This document shows positions 9,455 to 18,937 of a DNA stretch of 64,000 nt, piece by piece. Below the pieces are notes generated by a model. The model was not told where the DNA came from and did not search any database. It saw only the letters and a list, made by a program, of their open reading frames with translations. The position numbers were made by a program, and so were the translations under genes. Source of the stretch: an uncultured Desulfurococcales archaeon (GTDB lineage Archaea > Thermoproteota > Thermoprotei_A > CAZTBM01 > SZUA-1508); the NCBI GenBank assembly GCA_964611985.1, contig CAZTBM010000003.1, positions 692 through 64,691 of the forward strand, given 5' to 3'. Numbering within the stretch: the first letter of the stretch is position 1; each line of letters opens with the position of its first letter.

Positions 9455-9928
9455 ATCACACTTAGAGGCATAAATATAGAACAGGCAAAAATAATAGATG
9501 CTACAGGATTAATTTTAGGTAGATTAGCCAGCATTGTCGCTAAAAGACTATTACAAGGTGAAACCATAATAATAGTGAATGCAGAGAAAGCGGTAATCAG
9601 CGGTAAATCAAAAATGGTAGTAGACTCTTACAAGTTGCTATTCGAAGTTGGCACTTTAAGGAATCCATACAAACATAAAATTAAGAGGCCAAGAAATCCC
9701 GTATCAATAGTTAAAAGAGCAATTAGAGGAATGCTCCCAATGGATAAGCCTAAGGGGAGGGAAGCTTTTAAGAGATTAAGAGTATTCATAGGTGTCCCTC
9801 CCGAATTAGCTAATAAAGAATTCGAGACTCTACCCGAAGCTCATTACTCTCGTCTCGCCCGTAAATACATGACAGTTTATGATCTAGCTATACGGTTAGG
9901 ATGGAATCCTAAGGTGAGCTCTACATGA
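9455..9928 (+). CDS. rpl13: 50S ribosomal protein L13 (uL13); start codon uncertain, probably non-canonical (ATC 9455 or ATA 9470/9476)
   Basis: The track ORF (GTG 9575) lacks the conserved N-terminus IDATGLILGRLASIVAKRLL. That segment is encoded in-frame at 9494-9553 with no canonical start upstream of it. SD GGTGAGG at 9444-9450. Confidence 0.85.
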   Translation: MTLRGINIEQAKIIDATGLILGRLASIVAKRLLQGETIIIVNAEKAVISGKSKMVVDSYKLLFEVGTLRNPYKHKIKRPRNPVSIVKRAIRGMLPMDKPKGREAFKRLRVFIGVPPELANKEFETLPEAHYSRLARKYMTVYDLAIRLGWNPKVSST

Positions 9929-10326
9929 AAATTGTAATTGCATCTGGCAGGAGAAAAACTGCAATAGCACGTGCAGTAATAAAGCCAGGTAAAGGTAGGG
10001 TATGGATTAATGGTATACCTTTAGAAATATATCCTATAGAAATGGCTAGAATAAAGATGATGGAACCACTACTACTAGCAGGGGAAAAGATAAGGAACAC
10101 GATAGACATAATAGTTAACGTGAAAGGAGGAGGAGTTATGGGTCAAGCCGATGCAGTAAGAATGGCGATAGCTAGAGGACTAATCGAATGGACTGGTGAC
10201 GAGGAGTTAAAGAGATTATATGTAGAATACGATAGAACAATGCTTGCAGGAGATCCTAGACAAACAGAGCCAGAAAAGTTTGCACGATACAGTGCTAGAA
10301 GAAGAAGACAAACTTCATATAGATGA
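9925..10326 (+). CDS. rps9: 30S ribosomal protein S9 (uS9)
   Basis: 133 aa with SGRRKTAIARA...GGGVMGQADAVRMAIARGL...RRRRQTSYR. ATGA overlap with the rpl13 stop. Confidence 0.95.
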   Translation: MKIVIASGRRKTAIARAVIKPGKGRVWINGIPLEIYPIEMARIKMMEPLLLAGEKIRNTIDIIVNVKGGGVMGQADAVRMAIARGLIEWTGDEELKRLYVEYDRTMLAGDPRQTEPEKFARYSARRRRQTSYR

Positions 10327-10349
10327 AATATTAGGAGGGTTTTAATATC

Positions 10350-10550
10350 ATGATTATCCCTGTAAGATGTTTCACATGTGGAGCCCTCATAGGAGATAAG
10401 TGGGAAGAATTCAAAAAGCGTGTAGCCCAAGGTGAACCCCCCAATAAGGTACTTGATGAACTCGGAATTAAGAGGTATTGTTGTAGAAGAATGCTTCTGT
10501 CTCACGTAGACCTTATATATGATGTAATAAAGTTTACTCGTCCAAGCTAA
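10350..10550 (+). CDS. rpoN: DNA-directed RNA polymerase subunit N (Rpo10)
   Basis: 66 aa with [11 protein letters not shown]...[10 protein letters not shown] zinc-binding motifs. Confidence 0.9.
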   Translation: MIIPVRCFTCGALIGDKWEEFKKRVAQGEPPNKVLDELGIKRYCCRRMLLSHVDLIYDVIKFTRPS

Positions 10551-10572
10551 ATTATTAAATGGTGAAGAGTAC

Positions 10573-11217
10573 ATGAGCGGGGAAGAAAGAAAAGAATCAG
10601 TAAAACAAGTATCACAAATAGAACTCCTAATACCTCTGGAAACATACCTAGCTGCAGGAGTCCATATAGGAACACATATAGGAACAAAGCATATGATGCG
10701 ATTTGTTTACAGAATTAGACCTGACGGACTTCACATACTCGACATCAGGAAAACTGATGAAAGGTTAAGATTAGCTGGTAAATTCATAGCCAGATACGAG
10801 CCTGAGAAGATACTAGCTGTCTCTGTTAGGCAATATGGTCACAAGCCAGTACAGAAGTTTGCAGAATTAACAAGAGTAAAGTATGTCGTTGGCAGGATAA
10901 TACCTGGTACCCTAACCAACCCCCATTTAGAGTACTACCTTGAACCCGACATAATAATAGTTACTGATCCAAGAGCAGACTCGCAAGCAGTAAGGGAGGC
11001 TGCCGAAGTAGGTATACCAATAGTAGCATTTTGTGATACAGATAATAAAATAGAATACATCGACCTTATAATACCAGCAAACAATAAAGGAAGGAAGTCA
11101 CTAGCACTATTATACTGGTTGTTAACAAGACAAGTACTAAGAGAACGTGGTGAACTACCACCAGATAAAGAGCTACCAGTACCTGTTGAAGAATTTGAAA
11201 CAAAGATATCAAGGTGA
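10573..11217 (+). CDS. rps2: 30S ribosomal protein S2 (uS2)
   Basis: 214 aa with [10 protein letters not shown] and [28 protein letters not shown]. Confidence 0.95.
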   Translation: MSGEERKESVKQVSQIELLIPLETYLAAGVHIGTHIGTKHMMRFVYRIRPDGLHILDIRKTDERLRLAGKFIARYEPEKILAVSVRQYGHKPVQKFAELTRVKYVVGRIIPGTLTNPHLEYYLEPDIIIVTDPRADSQAVREAAEVGIPIVAFCDTDNKIEYIDLIIPANNKGRKSLALLYWLLTRQVLRERGELPPDKELPVPVEEFETKISR

Positions 11218-12098
11218 GGAGTATTCTAACTAGAAAAATAAGATTACCCGCTGTAGCAGGCGCATTTTACGAGGGTAACGCTGAGGCATTAAAAGCTCAA
11301 ATAGAATGGACTTTTACACATTCTCTTGGTCCAGGTACATTACCCAAACCTGTAATAAAAGGTCCAAGAAAAACTATAGGTCTCATATCACCTCATGCAG
11401 GATATATGTATTCTGGCCCTGTAGCAGCTCATGGCTATTTTCAGCTAGCTATTGACGGCATGCCAGAATTATTCATTATACTTGGACCTAACCATACGGG
11501 TTTAGGTAGCGGGATATCTATAGATTATGGTGAAGACTGGGAGACTCCACTAGGTATTGCGAAAGTTAGGGATGATGTTGCCAAGGAAATAGCAGCAAAA
11601 AGCGGTATTGCAGACCTGGATCCTTTAGCGCATAAGTATGAACACTCTATTGAAGTACAATTACCCTTCCTACAATACATATTCAAGAACGAAATATCAA
11701 TAGTCCCAATAACTATGATGATGCAGTCTCCAGATGAGGCTAAAACACTAGCTAAAGCAATATATGATGTTGAGAAAGAGCTAGGTCTCGATATAATGGT
11801 TATTGCAACCACTGATTTTACACACTACGAACCACACTCCATAGCTATAAAGAAAGACAAACTAGTCATCGAAGCAATACTAGAATTAAACACAGATAAA
11901 GTGTATGAAAGAGTAACCTCATATAATATTTCAATGTGCGGTCCAGGACCAGTAATGACACTAATTGAATATGCAAAACTAAGATCAAGAGAATATGAAG
12001 TTTCAGCTAAACTGTTAAAATACGCAACATCAGGTGATATTACAGGCGACAAGAGTGCTGTAGTAGGCTATGGATCTATTCTATTCAGTAAAGGCTGA
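11214..12098 (+). CDS. MEMO1-family protein (AmmeMemoRadiSam system protein B-like)
   Basis: 294 aa with [28 protein letters not shown] and [15 protein letters not shown] overlap with the rps2 stop. Confidence 0.8.
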   Translation: MRSILTRKIRLPAVAGAFYEGNAEALKAQIEWTFTHSLGPGTLPKPVIKGPRKTIGLISPHAGYMYSGPVAAHGYFQLAIDGMPELFIILGPNHTGLGSGISIDYGEDWETPLGIAKVRDDVAKEIAAKSGIADLDPLAHKYEHSIEVQLPFLQYIFKNEISIVPITMMMQSPDEAKTLAKAIYDVEKELGLDIMVIATTDFTHYEPHSIAIKKDKLVIEAILELNTDKVYERVTSYNISMCGPGPVMTLIEYAKLRSREYEVSAKLLKYATSGDITGDKSAVVGYGSILFSKG

Positions 12099-12104
12099 TT
12101 TCTT

Positions 12105-12932
12105 TTGATAAAGAAATTCAATATAGCACCTGGCGTACCTTTATATGGTATACCATTACAGCATGGAAACAATCCCTACATAATCTTACCTTTCAAGAAG
12201 AAGGTAAACGTAACTATCGAACATATAGAAAAAAGTGATAAAATAAAAGTGGACATTAACGTTTACACATATGACAAGAGAGATGATGTAATTACAGAAA
12301 TTTATAAGAGCACTCTTAAGGACGTATTGAAATACCTCGATATCACACTTAGCATAAAAACAAGAATTAATATGAACTTTACATATTCTCCTCTATACAT
12401 CTATGATAGTATCGTACCAGCATTAATCAAGGTGATTTTTACATTAGCTGATATACCGTTATCTAGACGAGACATATTAACATTACTAAGAGCGTTCAAT
12501 AAAATTAACACACCTAATGAGATGAATGGTTTAAGAAATGCGTTAAGAGTTTACAGTTTCCTAAGAAAGCCACTTATATACAGAGAGGGTGAAGGTTACA
12601 TACTACTAAATTCAAGAGACCCTGAGTTTATAAAGAGAGTGATCTCATGTACTAACGTAAACTATGTGCAAAACTGTAATGTAGAATACATTGAAAACCC
12701 TCTATACAATTGGATTATACACCTTCATGGAAGATTAACAATAGAGGCAGCTAATGCACTCAGAGAAGGTGATATCGAGAGGGTGACAATATTACATAGA
12801 ACTGAGACACTGCTAAATCTCTGTCTATTAGATATTGAAAATAAATGTGTGCATAGAGTAAGACCTTTTTCTAAGATAATACCAGACTATAATGGAGTGA
12901 CACTCATAACACTAAGAAGTATAGAAGCTTAG
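12105..12932 (+). CDS. GHMP-kinase-shaped protein lacking all glycine-rich motifs, in the mevalonate kinase position (function unknown)
   Basis: 275 aa, TTG start. The N-terminus APGVPLYGIPLQHG echoes APGKxILFGEHAV. Where PxGSGLGSSAA is expected the sequence reads YSPLYIYDSIVPALI. Only 9 Gly in total and no GxG loop. Flanked by Memo and IPK, as mvk usually is. Confidence 0.35.
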   Translation: MIKKFNIAPGVPLYGIPLQHGNNPYIILPFKKKVNVTIEHIEKSDKIKVDINVYTYDKRDDVITEIYKSTLKDVLKYLDITLSIKTRINMNFTYSPLYIYDSIVPALIKVIFTLADIPLSRRDILTLLRAFNKINTPNEMNGLRNALRVYSFLRKPLIYREGEGYILLNSRDPEFIKRVISCTNVNYVQNCNVEYIENPLYNWIIHLHGRLTIEAANALREGDIERVTILHRTETLLNLCLLDIENKCVHRVRPFSKIIPDYNGVTLITLRSIEA

Positions 12933-12944
12933 AAGGAGTGCACT

Positions 12945-13766
12945 ATGAAGCTTATAATCTTAAAGATTGGTGGAAGTATAATCACTAATAAGGAAATAGA
13001 GAACAGTATAAAATGGAACACTGTAAGGATGATAGGTCATGAAATTAGAGAGGCTCTACGCTATCTTGGTGATATAAGACTAATACTGGTTCATGGTGGA
13101 GGCTCCTTCGGCCATCCTTTAGCTCACAAGTTTAAAGAGGAAAAAGGCCGCTATGATGCAGATGCCTTTACCGCTATTAGAGAGAACATGAATGTCTTAG
13201 CTTCAACAGTTACGCTTCTCTTCTCTCATTTAGGTCTAAAAGTTACACATTTTCAATCATCATCAATATTCATATTAAATGATGGAAAAATCGTTAAAGC
13301 ATTTTTAGATCCTATAACATATAGTCTTAAGGAGAACATTATACCAATACTTTACGGAGATATAGCAGTAGATCTTAGTAAAAGCTATAACATTATATCA
13401 GGTGATAGTATAGTCGCTTACTTAGCCGATTATTATGATACTATTAAAGTTCTATACGCAACAGATGTTGATGGTGTTTATACAGAAAACCCAAAAATTA
13501 ATCCATCAGCTAAGAGGATTGAGAAAATTACGGTACTAAAAGATAAGGAAACTAATACCTACACTATTTCTGCCAATATAAGAAGTGAAGTCTTATCCTC
13601 AGTTGATGTCACTGGTGGAATATACCGTAAGATACTTGATTTAGCACGATACGTAAATAAAAACATAATAGCATATATCTTTAATGGACTTGTTGAAGGA
13701 AACATATTTAATGCAATTGTAAATAAGCCTAAAAAGTATACACTAGTTGAGGTGAAAGTGAAATAA
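12945..13766 (+). CDS. ipk: Isopentenyl phosphate kinase (amino-acid-kinase fold)
   Basis: 273 aa with ILKIGGSIITNK and LVHGGGSFGHPLA. SD GGAGTG lies upstream of the ATG. Confidence 0.8.
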   Translation: MKLIILKIGGSIITNKEIENSIKWNTVRMIGHEIREALRYLGDIRLILVHGGGSFGHPLAHKFKEEKGRYDADAFTAIRENMNVLASTVTLLFSHLGLKVTHFQSSSIFILNDGKIVKAFLDPITYSLKENIIPILYGDIAVDLSKSYNIISGDSIVAYLADYYDTIKVLYATDVDGVYTENPKINPSAKRIEKITVLKDKETNTYTISANIRSEVLSSVDVTGGIYRKILDLARYVNKNIIAYIFNGLVEGNIFNAIVNKPKKYTLVEVKVK

Positions 13767-14872
13767 CATTAAGAGATACATCACAAAGGAAATTAGAGCA
13801 CATAGACATATGTTTACATAAGAATGTTGAATCATCAGCAACAACTATGCTCGAAGACGTGATATTGATTCACCAAGCATCACCTGAAATCAATCTTAAT
13901 GAAGTTTCCACGAAAACTATGTTCTTGGGAAAAACATTGTCGGCACCATTAATAATAGAAGCTATGACTGGGGGGCATCCAGAAACCGTAAAAATTAATG
14001 CTACTTTAGCTGAGGTAGTCGAAGAATTAAAGCTAGGTATGGGTGTAGGTAGTCAAAGAGCAGCAATAGAGGATGAAAAACTTGAGTATACATATTCTAT
14101 AGTTAGAGAGAAAGCACCTAATGCAGTCATAATAGCAAATATTGGTGCTCCACAATTAGCCAAGGGATACGGGGTTAAAGAGGCTCAGAAAGCCATAGAC
14201 ATGGTTAAGGCTGATGCCATAGCAGTTCACCTTAATGCTGCACAGGAAGCCATACAGCCAGAGGGAGATACAAAGTTTAGGGGGGTATTAGAGAAGATTA
14301 AGGAGCTAGTTGAAACAATTAAGGAGCCAGTTATAGTTAAGGAGGTTGGGAATGGTATTTCTCGAGAAGTTGCCATGAAGCTTATAGATGTAGGTGTAAA
14401 ATATATTGATGTTGCAGGCTTAGGCGGGACGAGCTGGATTCTTGTAGAAAAATATAGAGCATTAAGCAGAGGTAAAAGTGAGCTAGCTGAGACAGCAAAA
14501 ACATTTTCCAATTGGGGTATTCCAACAGCCGCTTCAATAGTAGAAGTTAGATCAGTATCTAGAGATGTAGTTATAATTGCAAGTGGAGGCATTAGATCAG
14601 GTCTAGATATGGCTAAAGCTATAGCTTTAGGAGCTGATATTACAGGATTCGCACTACCAGCTTTAAAATGGGCCCTTCAAGGAAATTTAAAGAGAAAAAT
14701 AAAACAGATGATTCATGAACTCAAAATTGCAATGTTCTTAACGTCATCAAGAACAATACACGATCTAAGACATGCAAGAATAATCATAAAGGGAGCATTA
14801 AGAGAATGGCTCAAATGTAGAGGAATAAATATTAATGATTATCTATCTAGGAGGTGTAGGGGTAGTAAGTAA
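13763..14872 (+). CDS. fni: Isopentenyl-diphosphate delta-isomerase, type 2 (FMN-dependent); probable non-canonical ATA start
   Basis: Contains MTGG, GVGSQR, AIAVHLNAAQE, VKEVGNGIS and ASGGIRSGLD motifs. The conserved N-terminal QRKLEHIDICL is encoded upstream of the first ATG (13847). ATA 13763 is preceded by GAGGTGA. Confidence 0.9.
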   Translation: MTLRDTSQRKLEHIDICLHKNVESSATTMLEDVILIHQASPEINLNEVSTKTMFLGKTLSAPLIIEAMTGGHPETVKINATLAEVVEELKLGMGVGSQRAAIEDEKLEYTYSIVREKAPNAVIIANIGAPQLAKGYGVKEAQKAIDMVKADAIAVHLNAAQEAIQPEGDTKFRGVLEKIKELVETIKEPVIVKEVGNGISREVAMKLIDVGVKYIDVAGLGGTSWILVEKYRALSRGKSELAETAKTFSNWGIPTAASIVEVRSVSRDVVIIASGGIRSGLDMAKAIALGADITGFALPALKWALQGNLKRKIKQMIHELKIAMFLTSSRTIHDLRHARIIIKGALREWLKCRGININDYLSRRCRGSK

Positions 14873-15874
14873 ATGAAGCTTTTAGAGTACACGAAACATA
14901 TCAAGAGTAAAGTAGACGAGTATATGTCTAAGAAGGTAATAGGACCAATAAATGTAAAGAAACTATATGACGCCTCTTACCATTTAATAGGTGCGGGAGG
15001 TAAAAGACTCAGACCAACACTAGTAGTTCTTGGAGCTAGGATTGCTGGAGCTCAAGAGGATCAAGTCATTCCTGCCGCAGCATCAGTTGAGTTAATGCAT
15101 ACATTCTCACTAGTCCATGATGACATAATGGATAGGGATGAGTATAGAAGAGGCGTACCAACAGTTCATAAACTTTGGGGTGAACCCTTAGCCATACTTG
15201 CTGGTGACTTACTCTTTGCCAAAGCTTATGAGGCCTTACTAGACGTGGAGCAATATGGTATACCCCCAGATAGAATAGTGGAGGCTACAAAAATACTAAC
15301 ATGGATTGCTGTAACACTCGCAGAGGGCCAAACTTTGGATATGAACTTTGAGGAAAGAATGGATGTTTCGGAGGAAGAATACTTAGAAATGATAGAGAAG
15401 AAAACAGCAGCAATGTTCAAGGGATCACTAATGATAGGAGCAATCTTAGGCGGGGGTGCCAAGGAAACAGTGAAAAAGTTAGGAGAGTTTGGCAGATTAA
15501 CGGGTATAGCATTCCAAATACAGGATGATATTCTAGGTATCATAGGGGATGAGAAGGTACTAGGGAAACCTGTCTGGAGTGATTTAAGAGAGGGAAAAAA
15601 GACGATAATAATAATTCATGCACTTAATAATGCAACGGCGGATCAAAGAAAGCAAATACTGTCGGTTCTAGGTAGAAGAGATGCGTCACTAGATGAATTA
15701 AAGCAGGTTGCTGGTATCCTTAAGTCTTTGGGTTCAATAGACTATGCTATAGGGAAGGCGAAAGAATATACCATGAAGGCATTAAGTATACTAGAATCTA
15801 TAACAACATCAGATAGTGAAGCAAAGGACATGCTGAAGGAAATGGCAATGTTCATCATTAAAAGGAGATACTAA
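14873..15874 (+). CDS. idsA: Geranylgeranyl diphosphate synthase (trans-polyprenyl synthetase family)
   Basis: 333 aa. First DDxxD-type motif is LVHDDIMDRD; the second is FQIQDDILG. Confidence 0.85.
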   Translation: MKLLEYTKHIKSKVDEYMSKKVIGPINVKKLYDASYHLIGAGGKRLRPTLVVLGARIAGAQEDQVIPAAASVELMHTFSLVHDDIMDRDEYRRGVPTVHKLWGEPLAILAGDLLFAKAYEALLDVEQYGIPPDRIVEATKILTWIAVTLAEGQTLDMNFEERMDVSEEEYLEMIEKKTAAMFKGSLMIGAILGGGAKETVKKLGEFGRLTGIAFQIQDDILGIIGDEKVLGKPVWSDLREGKKTIIIIHALNNATADQRKQILSVLGRRDASLDELKQVAGILKSLGSIDYAIGKAKEYTMKALSILESITTSDSEAKDMLKEMAMFIIKRRY

Positions 15875-16413
15875 TGAGTGAGAATTATCTATATCCCCAA
15901 ATATACATTAGGTTTAAATCTGAAGAATTAAGGAATAAGCAATTCTCAGACATTATTCAACAATCAGCTATAGTGGAAATAGATGACAAGATATATGAAA
16001 TAAAAGATCAAAAAGAGCTAAGTAAAGTAAATGCCGATCAAGCTAATGTTTATTTTAAGGTAATTTATGAACCAGCCTATAATCTATTTTTAGATCTTGA
16101 GAGAGCTGAAATAGTGAGAGATACAATAATATTTCTACCATGGACTAAGGAGTATATCAAAATAGAAAGCGGTACTAACGTAGAATTACTGGAAATATCT
16201 GGAAAGAAAGTGTATTTATTCGTTAGAGAAGGCGACAAAATAAGATATAATGATAAAATAGCATATATACTTACAGGAAAACTTGAAGTCAGAACATATA
16301 GAAGTCCATCAGAAGGTATAGTCATTTACATTACATCTCTAAGCGAGAAGCCTGTAAAGTATTTACTGGTGGTTGTAAGTGAAGCAGCCACAAGAAAATA
16401 TAAACATCAGTGA
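15874..16413 (+). CDS. Conserved hypothetical protein, possible biotin/lipoyl-like hybrid barrel at the C-terminus (DUF2118-like, tentative)
   Basis: 179 aa. TAATG overlap with idsA. REGDKIRYNDKIAYILTGKLEVRTYRSPSEGIV resembles a lipoyl-hybrid motif. No catalytic motif recognised. Confidence 0.3.
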   Translation: MSENYLYPQIYIRFKSEELRNKQFSDIIQQSAIVEIDDKIYEIKDQKELSKVNADQANVYFKVIYEPAYNLFLDLERAEIVRDTIIFLPWTKEYIKIESGTNVELLEISGKKVYLFVREGDKIRYNDKIAYILTGKLEVRTYRSPSEGIVIYITSLSEKPVKYLLVVVSEAATRKYKHQ

Positions 16414-18157
16414 AAAAGTGAAAGAGATCATACTTAAACATGCCCTCTTAAACGCAATTAAGCATGAAGGAAAAGCTTCAGTTAAAGCGGTGATCAGCAA
16501 AGTCATAGGTGAAGATCCATCACTAAAAAGTAGAATTAGACAAGTACTCGTACAAGTAAAGGAAACAGTAAATTATGTTAATAGCCTTACACTAGAGGAG
16601 CAAAAGAGAATAATTGAAGAAAGATGGCCTGAACTATTAGTAGAAGAGCATAAAACCGGGGAAAAAATCCTACCACCATTACCAAACGTTAACAAATATA
16701 AAATAATTGTAACTAGGTTCGCACCTAATCCAGACTTCGTACTACATTTAGGAAATGCAAGACCCGCTGTATTAAGCTACGAATATGCTCGTTTATACAA
16801 GGGTAAATTTATACTACGCTTCGAAGACACTGATCCAAAGACTAAAAAGCCTATGCTAGAAGCTTACGACTTAATAAAAGAGGATCTTAAGTGGTTAGGT
16901 ATAAAATGGGATGAAGAATACATTCAATCACAACGTATGGAGATCTATTACAACTTAGTAAAGGAATTAATACAGCGTAAAGGCGCTTATGTTTGCCTAT
17001 GTACACAGGAAGAATTCCGAAAGTACAGAGATAATGGTAAAGCGTGTCCTCATAGAGAGCAAAGCGTTGAAACAAATCTTGAATTATGGGATAAAATGAT
17101 TCGAGGAGACTACAGTGAGGGTGAAGCAGTACTTAGAATAAAAACTGATCTTAAACATCCTGATCCCTCTATTAGAGACTGGGTTGCATTCAGAATAATA
17201 GATACAAACAGGTACCCCCACCCTCTAACAGGTAGCAAATATGTCGCTTGGCCAACATATAACTTTGCAGCTGCAGTTGATGACCATTTATTGGGAGTCA
17301 CTCACATCCTAAGAGCAAAGGAACACTACCAGAATACGATTAAACAGAAGTATCTTTACGCCCATATGGGATGGGAGTATCCTGAAACAATACATTTTGG
17401 TCGATTGAAAATAGAAGGATTTATACTAAGTAAGTCAAAGATAAGAAAGCTTCTAGAAGAGAAACCTGAGGAATATGAAGGATATGATGATCCTAGATTC
17501 GGAACTCTTAGAGCTTTAAGAAAGAGGGGATTCTTACCAGAGACTATAAGGAAAATAGTATTAGACGTCGGTATAAAGTCTGCGGACGCAAAAATACACA
17601 TGGATAACCTTTCGTCTATCAATAGAAAAATCATAGACCCTGTAGCTCATAGGATACTATTTGTCAAGGACCCAGTAAAGTTAAGAATTAAGGGCCTAAC
17701 AGTATCTAAAATCACTATACCTTTCCATCCTACAAATAAAGACTTGGGTTCAAGAGAAATAGTACTAGATAGAAATGATGTAATCGAGGTCTATGTCTCA
17801 AGAGAGGACATAGTAAAATACAAGAATAAACCATTAATAAGGCTAATGGAACTAGTTAACATACGGGTTGTAAAGGGGAATGGTAAAGTATGGGAATGTG
17901 AGGCACTAGGCTCATCTTTAGATGATGCAAGGAAACTTAAAGCACCAATAATACAGTGGGTACCTGTGAGTCAGAATGTAGACGTCATTGTTAAGAAACC
18001 GGAGGGAACGAAACTTCAATTGATCAAGGGTGTAGCCGAGAAGGCACTATTAGATAAGAGGTTTGAAGATAGAGTTGTTCAATTTGTTAGATTCGGCTTC
18101 GTAAGAATAGACAATATTTTAGAAGATAAAATTATAGCATACTACACTCATGACTAG
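16379..18157 (+). CDS. gltX: Glutamyl-tRNA synthetase (archaeal/eukaryotic type)
   Basis: 592 aa with the HIGH-type motif HLGNARPAV and the KMSKS-type ILSKSKI. The exact start is uncertain (GTG 16379 overlaps the upstream ORF by 35 nt). Confidence 0.9.
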   Translation: MKQPQENINISEKVKEIILKHALLNAIKHEGKASVKAVISKVIGEDPSLKSRIRQVLVQVKETVNYVNSLTLEEQKRIIEERWPELLVEEHKTGEKILPPLPNVNKYKIIVTRFAPNPDFVLHLGNARPAVLSYEYARLYKGKFILRFEDTDPKTKKPMLEAYDLIKEDLKWLGIKWDEEYIQSQRMEIYYNLVKELIQRKGAYVCLCTQEEFRKYRDNGKACPHREQSVETNLELWDKMIRGDYSEGEAVLRIKTDLKHPDPSIRDWVAFRIIDTNRYPHPLTGSKYVAWPTYNFAAAVDDHLLGVTHILRAKEHYQNTIKQKYLYAHMGWEYPETIHFGRLKIEGFILSKSKIRKLLEEKPEEYEGYDDPRFGTLRALRKRGFLPETIRKIVLDVGIKSADAKIHMDNLSSINRKIIDPVAHRILFVKDPVKLRIKGLTVSKITIPFHPTNKDLGSREIVLDRNDVIEVYVSREDIVKYKNKPLIRLMELVNIRVVKGNGKVWECEALGSSLDDARKLKAPIIQWVPVSQNVDVIVKKPEGTKLQLIKGVAEKALLDKRFEDRVVQFVRFGFVRIDNILEDKIIAYYTHD

Positions 18158-18236
18158 AATAAACAAGTTTATATACTCGCAACCCTTTTAAACCATTAAT
18201 GGTGAACGACGAGAAAAAGAGGAGGATGAGTGAATT

Positions 18237-18623
18237 ATGTCCAAACCATTTTATGTAAGGTTTGAAGTACCTTCTGACCTTGCAGAAAAAGCATACGAAG
18301 CTTTAAAAAGAGCTAGAGAATCAGGAGGCAAAATAAAGAAAGGCACAAATGAGACCACAAAAGCTGTAGAAAGAGGATTAGCGAAACTAGTGTTGATAGC
18401 TGAGGATGTAGATCCACCAGAAATAGTGGCACACTTACCACTATTATGTGAAGAGAAGAAGATACCCTATGTTTATGTTCCAAGTAAGAAGAGGTTAGGA
18501 GAGGCTGCAGGAATCGAGGTAGCCGCAGCAAGTGCATGTATAATTGAACCCGGTGAAGCTAAAGCATTAGTTGACGAGATAATAAGTAAGGTTAATGAAA
18601 TTAAAGCCAAGGCAGCAAAGTAA
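18237..18623 (+). CDS. rpl7ae: 50S ribosomal protein L7Ae (K-turn binding)
   Basis: 128 aa with [31 protein letters not shown]...[11 protein letters not shown]. Confidence 0.95.
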   Translation: MSKPFYVRFEVPSDLAEKAYEALKRARESGGKIKKGTNETTKAVERGLAKLVLIAEDVDPPEIVAHLPLLCEEKKIPYVYVPSKKRLGEAAGIEVAAASACIIEPGEAKALVDEIISKVNEIKAKAAK

Positions 18624-18697
18624 ACTAAACTAAGCAAATTAATAGTTTAAAGCAAAGCAGAATAATAAGATATAGGATCAATAAAGAGGCTAATTTT

Positions 18698-18937
18698 TTA
18701 CCTTCTACTTGTTAGTTTTCTGGCTTCTCTTTCGGTCTCTCTAAGTATTAGTATATCACCTATCCTCACAGGACCTTTAACATTCCTAGTTAGTATTCTA
18801 CCTTTGTCTCTACCTTCAAGTACTCTCACACGTACTTGTATGACCTCACCACATACTCCAGTACGACCAAGGATCTGTATTACCTCTGCTGGGAACCCTA
18901 TTTCTTCAGTTATTGAGCTACCCATGATTTTCCCCAC
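18698..18937 (-). CDS. rps28e: 30S ribosomal protein S28e
   Basis: 79 aa with [58 protein letters not shown]. Lies on the opposite strand to its usual operon partners. Confidence 0.9.
   Translation of the reverse strand: MGKIMGSSITEEIGFPAEVIQILGRTGVCGEVIQVRVRVLEGRDKGRILTRNVKGPVRIGDILILRETEREARKLTSRR

Noticed and set aside
10143-10574. 143-aa minus-strand ORF spanning rps9, rpoN and the rps2 start
   Set aside because: It crosses three conserved plus-strand genes and their spacers. The product has no recognisable features. It is treated as an antisense artefact.
13740-13770. Possible programmed frameshift fusing IPK and IDI2
   Set aside because: There is no slippery heptamer and no downstream structure. 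An SD (GAGGTGA) correctly spaced before ATA 13763 explains the data more simply.
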